Below, in pieces: positions 36,286 to 45,562 of a stretch of DNA of 49,138 bases. This stretch comes from Pseudomonadota bacterium (GTDB lineage: Bacteria > Planctomycetota > UBA8108 > UBA1146). Below the pieces are notes generated by a model. The model saw nothing but the letters and a program-made list of their open reading frames with translations. It searched no databases and was not told the origin of the DNA. Position numbers and translations under genes: made by a program. Within the stretch, counting starts at the first letter, position 1; every line of letters begins with the position of its first letter. The stretch lies in contig JAFMMO010000001.1 in assembly GCA_017859655.1 (NCBI GenBank), forward strand, positions 1 to 49,138, given 5' to 3'.

Positions 36286-38907
36286 TCATCGCCCCCCGGC
36301 CTCCGCGAGTCGCCGCTCCACCTCCGCGGCCCGCCGCGAAACCCGCGCGTCCGGCGCGCGCTCCCGCGGCCAGTCCCGTCGGAAGACGCCCCACTCCTCG
36401 CGGGCGCGCGTCTCCTCCCCCGCCTCGGACAGGGCGAGCACCCGCTCCAGCCTCCCGAAGAGGACCAGCTCCGGCCACGGGTGGAAGCGCAGATCATCGG
36501 CGACGACGCGCAGGCCGGCAAGGGAGTCCGCCGCCGTCCGCGGATCACCGGCGAGGCGGGAGCGGCGCGCCGCCGCGAGGAGGGAGAAGCCATCGGCGAG
36601 GCGCCCCGCCCGGGAGTCGACGGGCCAGGCCTCCCCCTCCGGGAGCACGAGATCCTCGAGGAGGGATCGCTCGATGGCCGCCCGCAGGATCACCGTCTCC
36701 GGCCGTCCCGGCTCCAGCTGCTCGGCACGCTCCAGGGCGCGCAGAGCCGCCTCGGTCGAGCCTCGGAGGACCTCCAGCGCGGCCTCCACCCGGGACGCCC
36801 GCCCCGGATCGGCGCGGTCGACGATCTCTCCGGCCCGGGCGAGCGCGGCCTCGAACTCGCCCCCCAGCGCGAGGGCGAAGGCGGTGGCGACGGCATCTTC
36901 GGTCGACGCGGCGGGACGGCGGGCCGCGCCGGCGGCCGCCGCGAGGCGACCGGTCTGGGCGAGGAAGGGGACGCGCAGGCGGGCCTCCGGCCCGTCGACC
37001 TCCGCCTCGATGATGCGATCGCGGAAGGAGGCGATCGCCTCGTCCCTCGGGCCGAGCGCGAGGCGCCGGGCATGCTCGAGTCGGACCGCCTCGGTGGTGC
37101 GAACCGGGCCTTCGAGGAGGCGCAGGCGATCGAGGGCGCCCCCCATCTCGGGGATGCTCCCCCGCCGCCACGCGAGCTCCACCCGGATCCGGGCGACCCA
37201 GGGCTCGATCGGGCCGGGGTCCTCCGCACTCCTCCCGAGCCGCTCCGTGAGGCGGGCATCGGACTCGCGGGGGTCGAGGATCGCGAGGAGGAGGTCGACC
37301 CGACGAGCCACGGGATGGTCCGCTCCCCAGCGGAGAGCGCGTCCGCGCACGGGGATGGAAAGGACATCGTCGAGGAGGCGAGCAGGGACGCTGTCGGTTC
37401 CGCTCAGGGGGGAGAGGAGGGCGGCGGCCTCGTCAACGCGACCCTCGCAGAGGCGCAGGGCGGCCATCCAGCCGGTCGCCTCCGGGAAGGCCCCGGCGCT
37501 CGCTCGGGCCCGGGAGAGGAGAGCCAACGCCTCACCCCGCGCCTCTCCCGTCGCGCTGCGGACCCCCTCGACGAAGAGGAGGAGCGCCTCCTCCGGTCGC
37601 CCGGCGATCGGCCCGGGGCTCTCTCCGAGGATCGCGGTCGCGACCGACGTCGCGAGGGGGAGGGCGCCCGCCCCGAAGGCGCTCCCGGCTCGACCGTTCG
37701 GTCCTCTCCAGCTCGCGCGCCACTCCCCGGTCCCGGCGGCGCTCCCCCCGATCTCGACCGTGCCGGTGATCGGCGTCCCGTCCCCCGGAGCGAGCAGCGC
37801 GCTCCCCGGGTCCGCCTTGGCGGTGAGGAGACGCAGGAGATCCGCGACCGTCCCGGCGGCGGCGCTCTCCTCTCCGCCGGGGCCGGTCCACGCCCCGATC
37901 GTCGGGGCGCCCGCGGCGATCTCCGCTCCCCCGCCGGGAGACCCGATCCCGAGCCACCCTCCGACCCGCACCCCGACCTCGTCCCTGGCGCTCACGGCGA
38001 TGAGCACGAGGAGACCGAGGAGGAGGGCGCCCGGGAGAGGGAAGCGACGACCCTCCGCGGCGCGCCGGCGCAGGCGGAAGATCCGCTCGAGCTCGAGGAG
38101 GTCGACGTCGCGGCCGACCGGCTCGCGGGAGAGCAGCCGGGCGATTCGATCGGAGAGCTCGCTCGGCAGGTCCGGGCGCAACTCCCGAGCGCGCGGGGCG
38201 GGGTTCCGTTGGAGCGCACGCACCTCGGTCTCGTCCCCCTTCTCCCCTCCGAAGGGGAGCGTACCGGTGGCGAGCTCGAAGAGGAGCACGCCGAGGGCGA
38301 AGCGATCGGTCGCGGGGGTCCGCGGCTCCCCCCGAAGGAGCTCCGGTGCCATGTAGGCCGGAGTCCCCCAGATCTCCCCCGGGGCGATCTCCTCATCCGC
38401 CACGGAGAGTCCGAAGTCGAGGAGCTTCGCCCGCCCCGGCTCCCCCGCGACGACGATGTTGTCCGCCTTGAGGTCCCCGTGGACGATCCCCCCCTCGTGG
38501 GCGTGCGCCACCGCCCCGGTGATGTCGCGCCCGAGGCGCAGCAGATCGAGGAGGGGGAGCTCGCCTTCCCGGAGGCGGGCGCGGAGGGTCGGCCCCTCCA
38601 CCCACTCGAAGGCGATGAACGCGAGGCCGGTGCGGGAGTCGACCCCCGCTTCGTACACCTGGGCGATGCGGGGGTGGGAGAGGCGGGAGACATGGCGCGC
38701 CTCCTCGATCAGCGCGAGGGCTCCCCCGGGCTCGTCGAGGACCTTGATCGCGACGATCCGGTCGAGGGTCGTGTCGGTCGCCCGGCAGACGGTCCCCACC
38801 CCTCCGCGCGCGACCACCGACTCGATCCGATACTGCTCGATCGTGGCGGGCTCGAAGCCCCCCCCGCTCGGGCGCGAGGGGGGAGGGGCCCCCGGATCAT
38901 CGGCCAT
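36286..38907 (-). CDS. Hanks-type Ser/Thr protein kinase (non-RD) with a TM helix and TPR-like C-terminus
   Basis: ARGGVGTV, VAIK, HGDLKADN, DFG, GTPAYMAPE, DRFALG; TM ALLLGLLVLIAV; ATG at 38907. Confidence 0.88.
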   Translation of the reverse strand: MADDPGAPPPSRPSGGGFEPATIEQYRIESVVARGGVGTVCRATDTTLDRIVAIKVLDEPGGALALIEEARHVSRLSHPRIAQVYEAGVDSRTGLAFIAFEWVEGPTLRARLREGELPLLDLLRLGRDITGAVAHAHEGGIVHGDLKADNIVVAGEPGRAKLLDFGLSVADEEIAPGEIWGTPAYMAPELLRGEPRTPATDRFALGVLLFELATGTLPFGGEKGDETEVRALQRNPAPRARELRPDLPSELSDRIARLLSREPVGRDVDLLELERIFRLRRRAAEGRRFPLPGALLLGLLVLIAVSARDEVGVRVGGWLGIGSPGGGAEIAAGAPTIGAWTGPGGEESAAAGTVADLLRLLTAKADPGSALLAPGDGTPITGTVEIGGSAAGTGEWRASWRGPNGRAGSAFGAGALPLATSVATAILGESPGPIAGRPEEALLLFVEGVRSATGEARGEALALLSRARASAGAFPEATGWMAALRLCEGRVDEAAALLSPLSGTDSVPARLLDDVLSIPVRGRALRWGADHPVARRVDLLLAILDPRESDARLTERLGRSAEDPGPIEPWVARIRVELAWRRGSIPEMGGALDRLRLLEGPVRTTEAVRLEHARRLALGPRDEAIASFRDRIIEAEVDGPEARLRVPFLAQTGRLAAAAGAARRPAASTEDAVATAFALALGGEFEAALARAGEIVDRADPGRASRVEAALEVLRGSTEAALRALERAEQLEPGRPETVILRAAIERSLLEDLVLPEGEAWPVDSRAGRLADGFSLLAAARRSRLAGDPRTAADSLAGLRVVADDLRFHPWPELVLFGRLERVLALSEAGEETRAREEWGVFRRDWPRERAPDARVSRRAAEVERRLAEAGGR

Positions 38908-39820
38908 CGGCACCGTCCTCCCCCCGAGAGCGCGCCCGGGCGTGCAGCTCCTCAAGGAGGACGATCGCCTCGCCCGCGAGGTCGAGCCCGGTGGCCCCCT
39001 CGATCCCCTCGAGACCGGGGGAGCCGTTCACCTCGACCACCACCGGTCCCTCCGGACCGGCGAGGAGGTCGACCCCCGCGAAGCGCAGCCCGACCGCGCG
39101 GGTCGCGGCGAGGGCGACCTCGCGCTCCTCGGCGGACGGCACGATCGGCTCCGCCGCCCCCCCGCGATGGAGGTTCGGCCGGAACTCCCCGGCCCGCGCC
39201 CGGCGGCGGATGGCGGCGACGACCCGATCTCCGACGACGAGGAGGCGCCGATCCTCCCCGCGGGCGGTCGCGATGAACTCCTGCACGAGGTGATCCCGTC
39301 CTGTGACGATGAGACTCTCGAGGATCGCCACGGCGGTCGCGGTCGTCTCCGCCAGCATGACGCCGCGTCCCTGGGCGCCGCTCGTCGGCTTGATGACCAC
39401 CGGCGCCCCCCCCACCGCCGCGACGGCGCGATCGAGGTGGTCGAGGTCCTTCGCGAAGATCGTCCGCGGGGTGGGGAGCCCGGCCGCCACGAGGCGCTCC
39501 GCGGTGCGGAGCTTGTCCTGGGCGACCGCCATGCCGTCGAGGTCGTTCAGCGGAGTCGCCCCTGCGGCGATGAGGCACCGCCCGAGGGAGAGGGCGAGGG
39601 ATGGCAGGTAGGCCCCCAGGCGGGGAATGAGCGCGTCCAGCGGAGGGAGCTCCACCCCATCGAGCAGGAGCGCCGGCCGGGGAGCGGCGGCACCGCCGAG
39701 GATCACGGCGCCGTCCAGAAGGCGGAGCGGGACCATCTCATGCCCGCGCCGCTCCCCCGCCGCGATGAAGCGGGAGGTGGTCGAAAGCTCGATGTCCTTG
39801 GAGATGAGCCCGATCCGCAT
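38897..39820 (-). CDS. rimK: RimK-family ATP-grasp alpha-L-glutamate ligase
   Basis: DALIPR, AQDKLRT, GLPTPRT, VVIKP..GAQGRGV, VQEFI, GEFRPNLHRGG, AGVDLL, EVNGSPGLEGIE. Confidence 0.88.
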   Translation of the reverse strand: MRIGLISKDIELSTTSRFIAAGERRGHEMVPLRLLDGAVILGGAAAPRPALLLDGVELPPLDALIPRLGAYLPSLALSLGRCLIAAGATPLNDLDGMAVAQDKLRTAERLVAAGLPTPRTIFAKDLDHLDRAVAAVGGAPVVIKPTSGAQGRGVMLAETTATAVAILESLIVTGRDHLVQEFIATARGEDRRLLVVGDRVVAAIRRRARAGEFRPNLHRGGAAEPIVPSAEEREVALAATRAVGLRFAGVDLLAGPEGPVVVEVNGSPGLEGIEGATGLDLAGEAIVLLEELHARARSRGEDGADGR

Positions 39821-39957
39821 CGGCCGACCTCTCCGTCCATCCCTCGGGTGGAGACAGGGGTTCCCGCGCCGACGGGAAGCGGGGCCCCGTCGCGGGATCG
39901 GGGGGAGGGTAAATCAGCGGGTGGGAGAAGTCATGACGATCCCCGGCGGATCGGGGC

Positions 39958-40533
39958 TCAGGCGCGGCTGAGGTCGAGCACGGAGTCGTACGCCATGCTC
40001 GCGGAGCGCTTCTCCGCGGTCTCGGCGTTGTAGATCGAGAACTCCTTCACCTCACAGCCGTAGCAGTGAAGGCTGATCGCCATCTCCTCCCGGTCCGCGT
40101 TCGCCATCCGATGGATGTCCACGTGCGGAGGGAAGACGGTGCCGACCGAGCCGGCGGCCCCGATGAAGGTCTCCACCGGCATCAGGCAGCGGTGTCCCTC
40201 GATGTCGGATTCCCCGTAGTTGACGAACTTCATCCGACCGCGGGCCACCCCGAGCACGCCCCAGCTGGGATGGTCGTGCAGGGGAGTGCCCTGACCCGGC
40301 CGCCAGACGAGGGCGAGCATCGAGTAGCGATCGGCGGGGTCGACATGGATGAGGTGTCGGGAGTACTTCTGCTCTCCCGGCGGGAGCTGGGCGAGCTCCG
40401 TCTCGAGGGCATGGGGAAGGAAGCGCTCGAGGACCTCGATGGTCCCGTTGATCCGGTCCCGATCGGAGGACCAGCGCTCGACGACGCCGTCCATCTCCGC
40501 CACGAGGGCGTTCAGGGTGCGAATGCCAACCAT
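39958..40533 (-). CDS. Cysteine dioxygenase-family (thiol dioxygenase) cupin
   Basis: YSRHLI, LVWRPGQGTPLHDH, IHRMAN, ISLHCY; ATG at 40533 with AAGGA RBS. Confidence 0.87.
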   Translation of the reverse strand: MVGIRTLNALVAEMDGVVERWSSDRDRINGTIEVLERFLPHALETELAQLPPGEQKYSRHLIHVDPADRYSMLALVWRPGQGTPLHDHPSWGVLGVARGRMKFVNYGESDIEGHRCLMPVETFIGAAGSVGTVFPPHVDIHRMANADREEMAISLHCYGCEVKEFSIYNAETAEKRSASMAYDSVLDLSRA

Positions 40534-40787
40534 GGGCGAATCCTTCCTTCGCTCCCGCTCCCTCGACCTCGCGGAGCCGGCCCCTGCCGCCTCGGGATCG
40601 AGCCCCCGGGGGCTTCTCCGACCCTTCCAAGGTATCGCTCCCGCCCCGACCCGACAAGCGTCGCAGGGCCTCGGAGGCTTGATGCGGGGGAGATTCACCC
40701 CCAAGATCAGCGGGTCCTCTCGCCCTCTCCCCCCGACGGGGGCCCCGCGCGGGCGTCGACGACCATCCTCCCACCACGGAGTCCCCG

Positions 40788-41237
40788 ATGGCCTTCTCCC
40801 GGATCCTCCTCCCGACCGACTTCTCGGAGTTCTCCCTCGCCGCCTGCTCCCCCGCGATCGAGCTGGCCCGCGCCTTCGACGGCCGCATCGACCTCCTCTT
40901 CGTCCTCGAGGACCTCCCCCCGGTCCCCATCGCGACCTTCGAGCACCTGCCCTTCGGGACCACCGAGCGCTTCTACGAGGAGTCGCGAGGACGGGCCGCC
41001 GAGACGATGGAGGAGACGGTGCTCGCGCGGATCCCCGAGGCGGTCCGCGGGGAGAGCCACATCCTGCGGGGGCCCGCGGCGCACACCATCGTCCAGGCCG
41101 CCCGGGACTTCGGCACCGACCTGATCGTCGTGTCGACCCACGGTCGCTCCGGCCTGAAGAACGCTCTCCTCGGGAGTGTCACCGAGAGGATCGTCCGCAC
41201 CGCGCCCTGTCCGGTCCTCACGGTCCGGGGCGAGTGA
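40788..41237 (+). CDS. Universal stress protein (UspA family)
   Basis: RILLPTDFSEFS, DLIVVSTHGRSGL..LLGSVTERIVRTAPCPVLTV. Confidence 0.95.
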   Translation: MAFSRILLPTDFSEFSLAACSPAIELARAFDGRIDLLFVLEDLPPVPIATFEHLPFGTTERFYEESRGRAAETMEETVLARIPEAVRGESHILRGPAAHTIVQAARDFGTDLIVVSTHGRSGLKNALLGSVTERIVRTAPCPVLTVRGE

Positions 41238-42540
41238 CGCCAGCCTCGGTCTCCCGCCGGGAGCGCACCTCGCGACCGAGCTGAAGCGCGGTGACCCCCG
41301 CGATCACGGCGTAGAGCAGGCCGACCCCGACCGGGCCAGCGACCCATCCCCCCCCGCGGGTCGCCGCGAGGAGCGCGAAGAGATGCGCGCCGACGACATC
41401 CCCTCCCCGGTAGACGAGGGTGTCGATGCAGGCCTTCGTCTTGTACTTCGCCTCGTCCCCCACGACCGTGAAGACGACATTGCGCGTCGGGGCGGCGAGC
41501 CCGTAGGCGAAGGAGCGCCGCGTCGCCTCGAAGGCGAGCAGCGCGCCGAACACCGGCGCGCTCGCGACGAGCAGGAAGCCGAGGGCGTAGACCGCGGGGA
41601 GGAGGAGCAGCGTCCCCCCGATCCCGAGCCCGCGCACCAGCAGGCGGAACCCGAGGAGCTGCAGGAGGAGGGTCAGCGCCTGGGTCGCGGTGTCGGTCCG
41701 GGCGAAGAGCGCGCGACGGGCCTCGTCCGTGACCTCGGCGGTCGCGACCCACTCCGCGCGGAGGAAGTAGGCGAGGGACGCGCAGACGGTGAGGAGGAAG
41801 GTGAGGGTCGCCGCGCGGCGAAGGAGCGGCTGACGGACGAGCTCGACCGCCCCCGCGAGCACGGAGCCGCCGACGGGGGCATCCCCTCCCCCGGGATCCC
41901 CCCGGCGCCCGACCGCCCGGGCGCACGGCACGGTGCCGAGGAGGAGCGCGGTGGAGAGGAGGAGCAGGCCCTCGATCGCCCAGCTCCCCGCCAGCCGGGC
42001 GGTCAGCTGGGAGCCGATGATCCCCCCCACGCTCCCGAAGGCGGAGATCACCCCGAAGAGCCGGAGCCCCGCCGGATGGGACCATCGATCCGCCATCAGG
42101 CTCCAGAAGATCGAGACGACGAAGAGGTTGAAGACCGATACCCAGACGAAGAACACCCTCCCGATCGCCACGCTCCACTCGGGTCGCGCCCGGAACAGGA
42201 CCGCGAACCCGAGGAGCTGGAACGCGAAGAGGAGCGTGCTCCCCACGACGAAGCGGGACCTCCCGACCCGGGAGACGATCGCGCCGTGGATCGGGGTCAG
42301 GACGAGCATGGCGAGGAAGGTGGCGAGGAAGAGCGCGGCGAGGGTCGAGGAGTCTCCGGCGATCCCGGCGGTGTCCCGCAGGGGCCGGAGGATCGAGTAG
42401 CCGCAGAGGAGCAGGAAGAAGTAGGCCCCGCTCGCGAGGAGCAGCTGCCCCTCGGTCGGCCCGTTCGACTCGGGAGGCCCGGAGCGCGCTGGCTGCCCGG
42501 GGGACCCGGCGGACGGCGCCGCCGGCTCGACATCGCTCAA
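41218..42540 (-). CDS. Npt1/Npt2 (AAA/TLC)-like MFS transporter
   Basis: Multiple TM segments; YSILRPLRD, VFNLFVVSIFWSLMAD, RLFGVI, KYKTKACIDTLVYRGGD. Confidence 0.82.
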   Translation of the reverse strand: MSDVEPAAPSAGSPGQPARSGPPESNGPTEGQLLLASGAYFFLLLCGYSILRPLRDTAGIAGDSSTLAALFLATFLAMLVLTPIHGAIVSRVGRSRFVVGSTLLFAFQLLGFAVLFRARPEWSVAIGRVFFVWVSVFNLFVVSIFWSLMADRWSHPAGLRLFGVISAFGSVGGIIGSQLTARLAGSWAIEGLLLLSTALLLGTVPCARAVGRRGDPGGGDAPVGGSVLAGAVELVRQPLLRRAATLTFLLTVCASLAYFLRAEWVATAEVTDEARRALFARTDTATQALTLLLQLLGFRLLVRGLGIGGTLLLLPAVYALGFLLVASAPVFGALLAFEATRRSFAYGLAAPTRNVVFTVVGDEAKYKTKACIDTLVYRGGDVVGAHLFALLAATRGGGWVAGPVGVGLLYAVIAGVTALQLGREVRSRRETEAGVTRPGP

Positions 42541-42544
42541 GGCC

Positions 42545-43810
42545 TCACTCCTCCCCGGGCGGCTCCCGATCGAGATCGGGGAGGGTCACCACCTCGGTTC
42601 GGGAGTGGACCTCCTCCAGCTCCTCGGACAGGTCGAGGGCGGCCTCGATCTCACGGACCTCCTCCACGGTCCCATCGGTGACCGGTCGCCGCGGGAGCAG
42701 GTACCCGCAGCAGTCGGCGTGAGGCTCGGTGCTCACCTCGTAGGTCCCGATCCGGCGGGCCTCCTCCACGATCTCCTCCTTGTCGTAGCTGAGGAGGGGG
42801 CGGAGGAGCGGCAGGGCGACGGTCTCGTCGAGGACCGCGAGGTTCTCGAGGGTCTGACTCGCGACCTGAGCGAGGTTCTCCCCGCTCCCGAGCGCCTTGC
42901 ACTGGTTCCAGCCCGCGATCCGGGCGGCGATCCGCAGCATCGACCGCCGATAGAGCATCACCCTCCACCGGGCCGGCGCGTCCTGCACGATCCGCTGCTG
43001 CAGCAGCCCCAGCGGCACCAGATGGAGCTTCGAGCGCATCCGATGGCGGGTGAGGATGTTCGCGAGCTCGGTGGTCTTCTCGATGCTCGAGCGATCGGTG
43101 AAGGGGCTGGAGTGGAAGTGCACGAACTGCAGGTGGCAACCGCGGCGCAGGAGCCGCTCCGCCGCGACCGGGGAGTCGATCCCTCCGGAGAGCATGTGGA
43201 GGACCCGACCCGCGGTCCCGGTGGGGAGCCCCCCCGGTCCGGAGATCCGCTCCCGGGAGAGGATCACCTCCCGGTTCAGGATGAGGACGGAGAACTCGAC
43301 CTCCGGGGCGCGGAGGTCGACCCGCGCCCCGCTCCGCTCTCCGACGATCGCGCCGAGGCGGACCATCAGGTCCTGGGAGCGATGAGGATAGCTCTTCTGG
43401 ATCCGGCGGCAGCGGATGGCGAAGCTCTCGAAGCCGCCCTCTCCCGCCCACTCGGCCAGCCGCGCTTCGATCGGGCCGAGGTCCCAGCCGAAGCGCTCGA
43501 TCGGCAGGACATGCGAGACCCCATGCACGCGGGAGAGCCGGCGGAGCAGCTCGCCCCGATCGCCGTCGAGTTCCTGGTCGATCCGGAGCCGTCCGTAGAT
43601 GCGATGGATCCCCATCACGCGGAGCCCGCGGAGTGTGTAGTGGAGGTTGCGGACGAGGCGGGTCTCGAAGTACGGGCGGTTCCCCTTCTTGAGGCCGACC
43701 TCCCCGTAGTGCACGAAGTAGCTCCGCCCCCGTCGAAGGGGCGGAGGCTTGGGCGGGGAATGCTCCGGCTCCGTTGCGGGACGCGGCGCCTCGGTCGGAT
43801 GGTCGGTCAT
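42545..43810 (-). CDS. thiI: tRNA 4-thiouridine synthase ThiI (no rhodanese domain)
   Basis: VHYGEVGLKKGNR, THUMP region, GGLPTGTAG, LSGGIDSPVA, GENLAQVASQT, LRPL, DCC; start re-called at 43810. Confidence 0.93.
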   Translation of the reverse strand: MTDHPTEAPRPATEPEHSPPKPPPLRRGRSYFVHYGEVGLKKGNRPYFETRLVRNLHYTLRGLRVMGIHRIYGRLRIDQELDGDRGELLRRLSRVHGVSHVLPIERFGWDLGPIEARLAEWAGEGGFESFAIRCRRIQKSYPHRSQDLMVRLGAIVGERSGARVDLRAPEVEFSVLILNREVILSRERISGPGGLPTGTAGRVLHMLSGGIDSPVAAERLLRRGCHLQFVHFHSSPFTDRSSIEKTTELANILTRHRMRSKLHLVPLGLLQQRIVQDAPARWRVMLYRRSMLRIAARIAGWNQCKALGSGENLAQVASQTLENLAVLDETVALPLLRPLLSYDKEEIVEEARRIGTYEVSTEPHADCCGYLLPRRPVTDGTVEEVREIEAALDLSEELEEVHSRTEVVTLPDLDREPPGEE

Positions 43811-43937
43811 CGGTGCCGCTCGCTCCCCGGGTCGACGCCGCGCGAGGCGGCGGACGAGATCGATTGCAAAGCCCCGCCCTCGACCGTGAGATGCGTCAGC
43901 CCGCCAAGCCCGGCGCCCACTCCTCCGGAGGTGCACC

Positions 43938-44420
43938 TTGAACGACCCGAGCCCGAGCCACGCCCCGTCCGAGGGGGACGGAACCCCCGGCGGACGCATC
44001 TTCCGCCGACCGCACCGCGTGGCGTTCGCGGACGTCGATGCGGCCGGGATCGTGTACTATCCCAGACTGCTTCACTACTGTCATCTGACCTTCGAGGAGT
44101 TCCTCATCGCGGCGGGCGCGGGGCCCTATCCCCGGTGGCTGCAGGTGGAGCGCCTCGGGTTCCCGACCGTTCATCTCGAGGTCGACTTCCAGCGACCGGT
44201 CGAGTTCGGCGCTCCCCTCGAGATGACCGCGCGGGTCGAGCGGATCGGCGGGAAGTCGGTGACCTTCATCTTCGAGGGTCTGCGCGAGGAGGACTCGGTC
44301 GCGTTCCGAGCCCGCGTGGTGAAGGCGTGCGCGACGATGGATGGCGGCGAGGCCCGGGAGATCCCGGATGCGCTGCGCCGGATCCTCTCCGAGTACCTCG
44401 TCGAAGGAGGCCCCGCTTGA
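43938..44420 (+). CDS. 4HBT/YbgC-like acyl-CoA thioesterase
   Basis: VAFADVDAAGIVYYPR, EVDFQRPVEFG, IGGKSVTF; TTG start after GGAGG. Confidence 0.85.
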   Translation: MNDPSPSHAPSEGDGTPGGRIFRRPHRVAFADVDAAGIVYYPRLLHYCHLTFEEFLIAAGAGPYPRWLQVERLGFPTVHLEVDFQRPVEFGAPLEMTARVERIGGKSVTFIFEGLREEDSVAFRARVVKACATMDGGEAREIPDALRRILSEYLVEGGPA

Positions 44421-45115
44421 GCGACTCCACTCCCGTTCGGCGCGGCGCGACCACGGTGCGCGTCTCGGAGATCTACCCATCGATCCAGGGAGAGTCGACC
44501 CACGCCGGCCGCCCCTGCGTCTTCGTCCGGCTCACGGGCTGCCCGCTGCGCTGCACCTGGTGCGACACGACCTACGCCTTCGTCGGCGGCGAGCATCGCG
44601 AGATCCCCGCCGTGGTGGCGGAGGCGCTCTCCTTCGGCATCGGGCTGGTGGAGGTGACCGGCGGCGAGCCCCTCGCGCAGCGCAGCGCCCTCCCCCTGCT
44701 CACGTCCCTCTGCGATGCCTTCGATGAGGTCCTGCTGGAGACCTCCGGCTCCGAGCCGATCGAGGAGGTGGACCCGAGGGTCCGTCGGATCATCGACCTG
44801 AAGGCGCCGGGGAGCGGCGAGGTGGAGCGAAACCGGGAGGAGAACCTCGACCACCTCCGCCCGGGGGATGAGCTGAAGGTCGTGCTCGCCGACCGCGCCG
44901 ACTACGAGTGGGCCCGGGAGCGGATCGCCGACCCGCGCATCGCCCCGCACCTCTCCAGCCGGGAGGGCTGGGGGCTGCCGCTCCACTTCTCACCGGTCCA
45001 TGGGGTCCTGGACCCGCGCGAGCTGGCGGAGTGGATCGTGGAGGATCGCCTGCCGGCGCGCCTCCAGCTTCAGCAGCACAAGTACGTCTGGGATCCGGAG
45101 GCCCGAGGAGTATGA
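44417..45115 (+). CDS. queE: 7-carboxy-7-deazaguanine synthase (radical SAM)
   Basis: EIYPSIQGE, FVRLTGCPLRCTWCDT, VTGGEPL, LETSG, DLKAPGSG, QLQQHK; TTG at 44417 after AAGGAGG. Confidence 0.93.
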   Translation: MSDSTPVRRGATTVRVSEIYPSIQGESTHAGRPCVFVRLTGCPLRCTWCDTTYAFVGGEHREIPAVVAEALSFGIGLVEVTGGEPLAQRSALPLLTSLCDAFDEVLLETSGSEPIEEVDPRVRRIIDLKAPGSGEVERNREENLDHLRPGDELKVVLADRADYEWARERIADPRIAPHLSSREGWGLPLHFSPVHGVLDPRELAEWIVEDRLPARLQLQQHKYVWDPEARGV

Positions 45116-45510
45116 GTCGAGACGACCGTCGCTCCGACCCGCAGGTCGTCGAGCTGGCCCACCGCTTCACCTTCGAGGCCGCGCACTACCTGCCCCGGGT
45201 GCCGGAGGGGCACAAGTGCCGGCGGCTGCACGGGCACTCCTTCGCCGCGACGATCGTGGTGCGGGGACCGATCGACCCGGAGATGGGCTGGCTCGTCGAC
45301 TACGCGGAGATCAAGGGCGCGGTGGCGCCCCTGCGGGAGATGCTCGACCACCACCTCCTCAACGAGGTGGAGGGGCTGGAGAACCCCACCTCCGAGGTGA
45401 TCGCCGTCTGGCTCTGGGATCGCCTGCTCCCGAGCCTCCCGATCCTCGCGGAGGTGAGGGTCGAGGAGACCTGCAACAACGGCTGCGCCTACCGGGGCGG
45501 GTCGATTTGA
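45112..45510 (+). CDS. queD: 6-carboxytetrahydropterin synthase
   Basis: FTFEAAH, HKCRRLHGHS, LDHHLLNEVEGLENPTSE, VEET; ATGA overlap with queE. Confidence 0.95.
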   Translation: MSRDDRRSDPQVVELAHRFTFEAAHYLPRVPEGHKCRRLHGHSFAATIVVRGPIDPEMGWLVDYAEIKGAVAPLREMLDHHLLNEVEGLENPTSEVIAVWLWDRLLPSLPILAEVRVEETCNNGCAYRGGSI

Positions 45511-45562
45511 TCCATCGCCCCCGCAGGGGCGCGACTCGGGATGGGCGGAACGGAGCGAGCTC

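Noticed and set aside
42605..44416. 836-aa ORF suggesting a large N-terminal fusion to QueE
   Set aside because: The upstream part overlaps thiI (antisense) and the thioesterase; an AAGGAGG RBS and TTG at 44417 give a normal-sized QueE.
44417..45510. queE/queD as a dpd DNA-modification cluster
   Set aside because: There is no dpdA/tgt-like gene or restriction component nearby, and the context is housekeeping.
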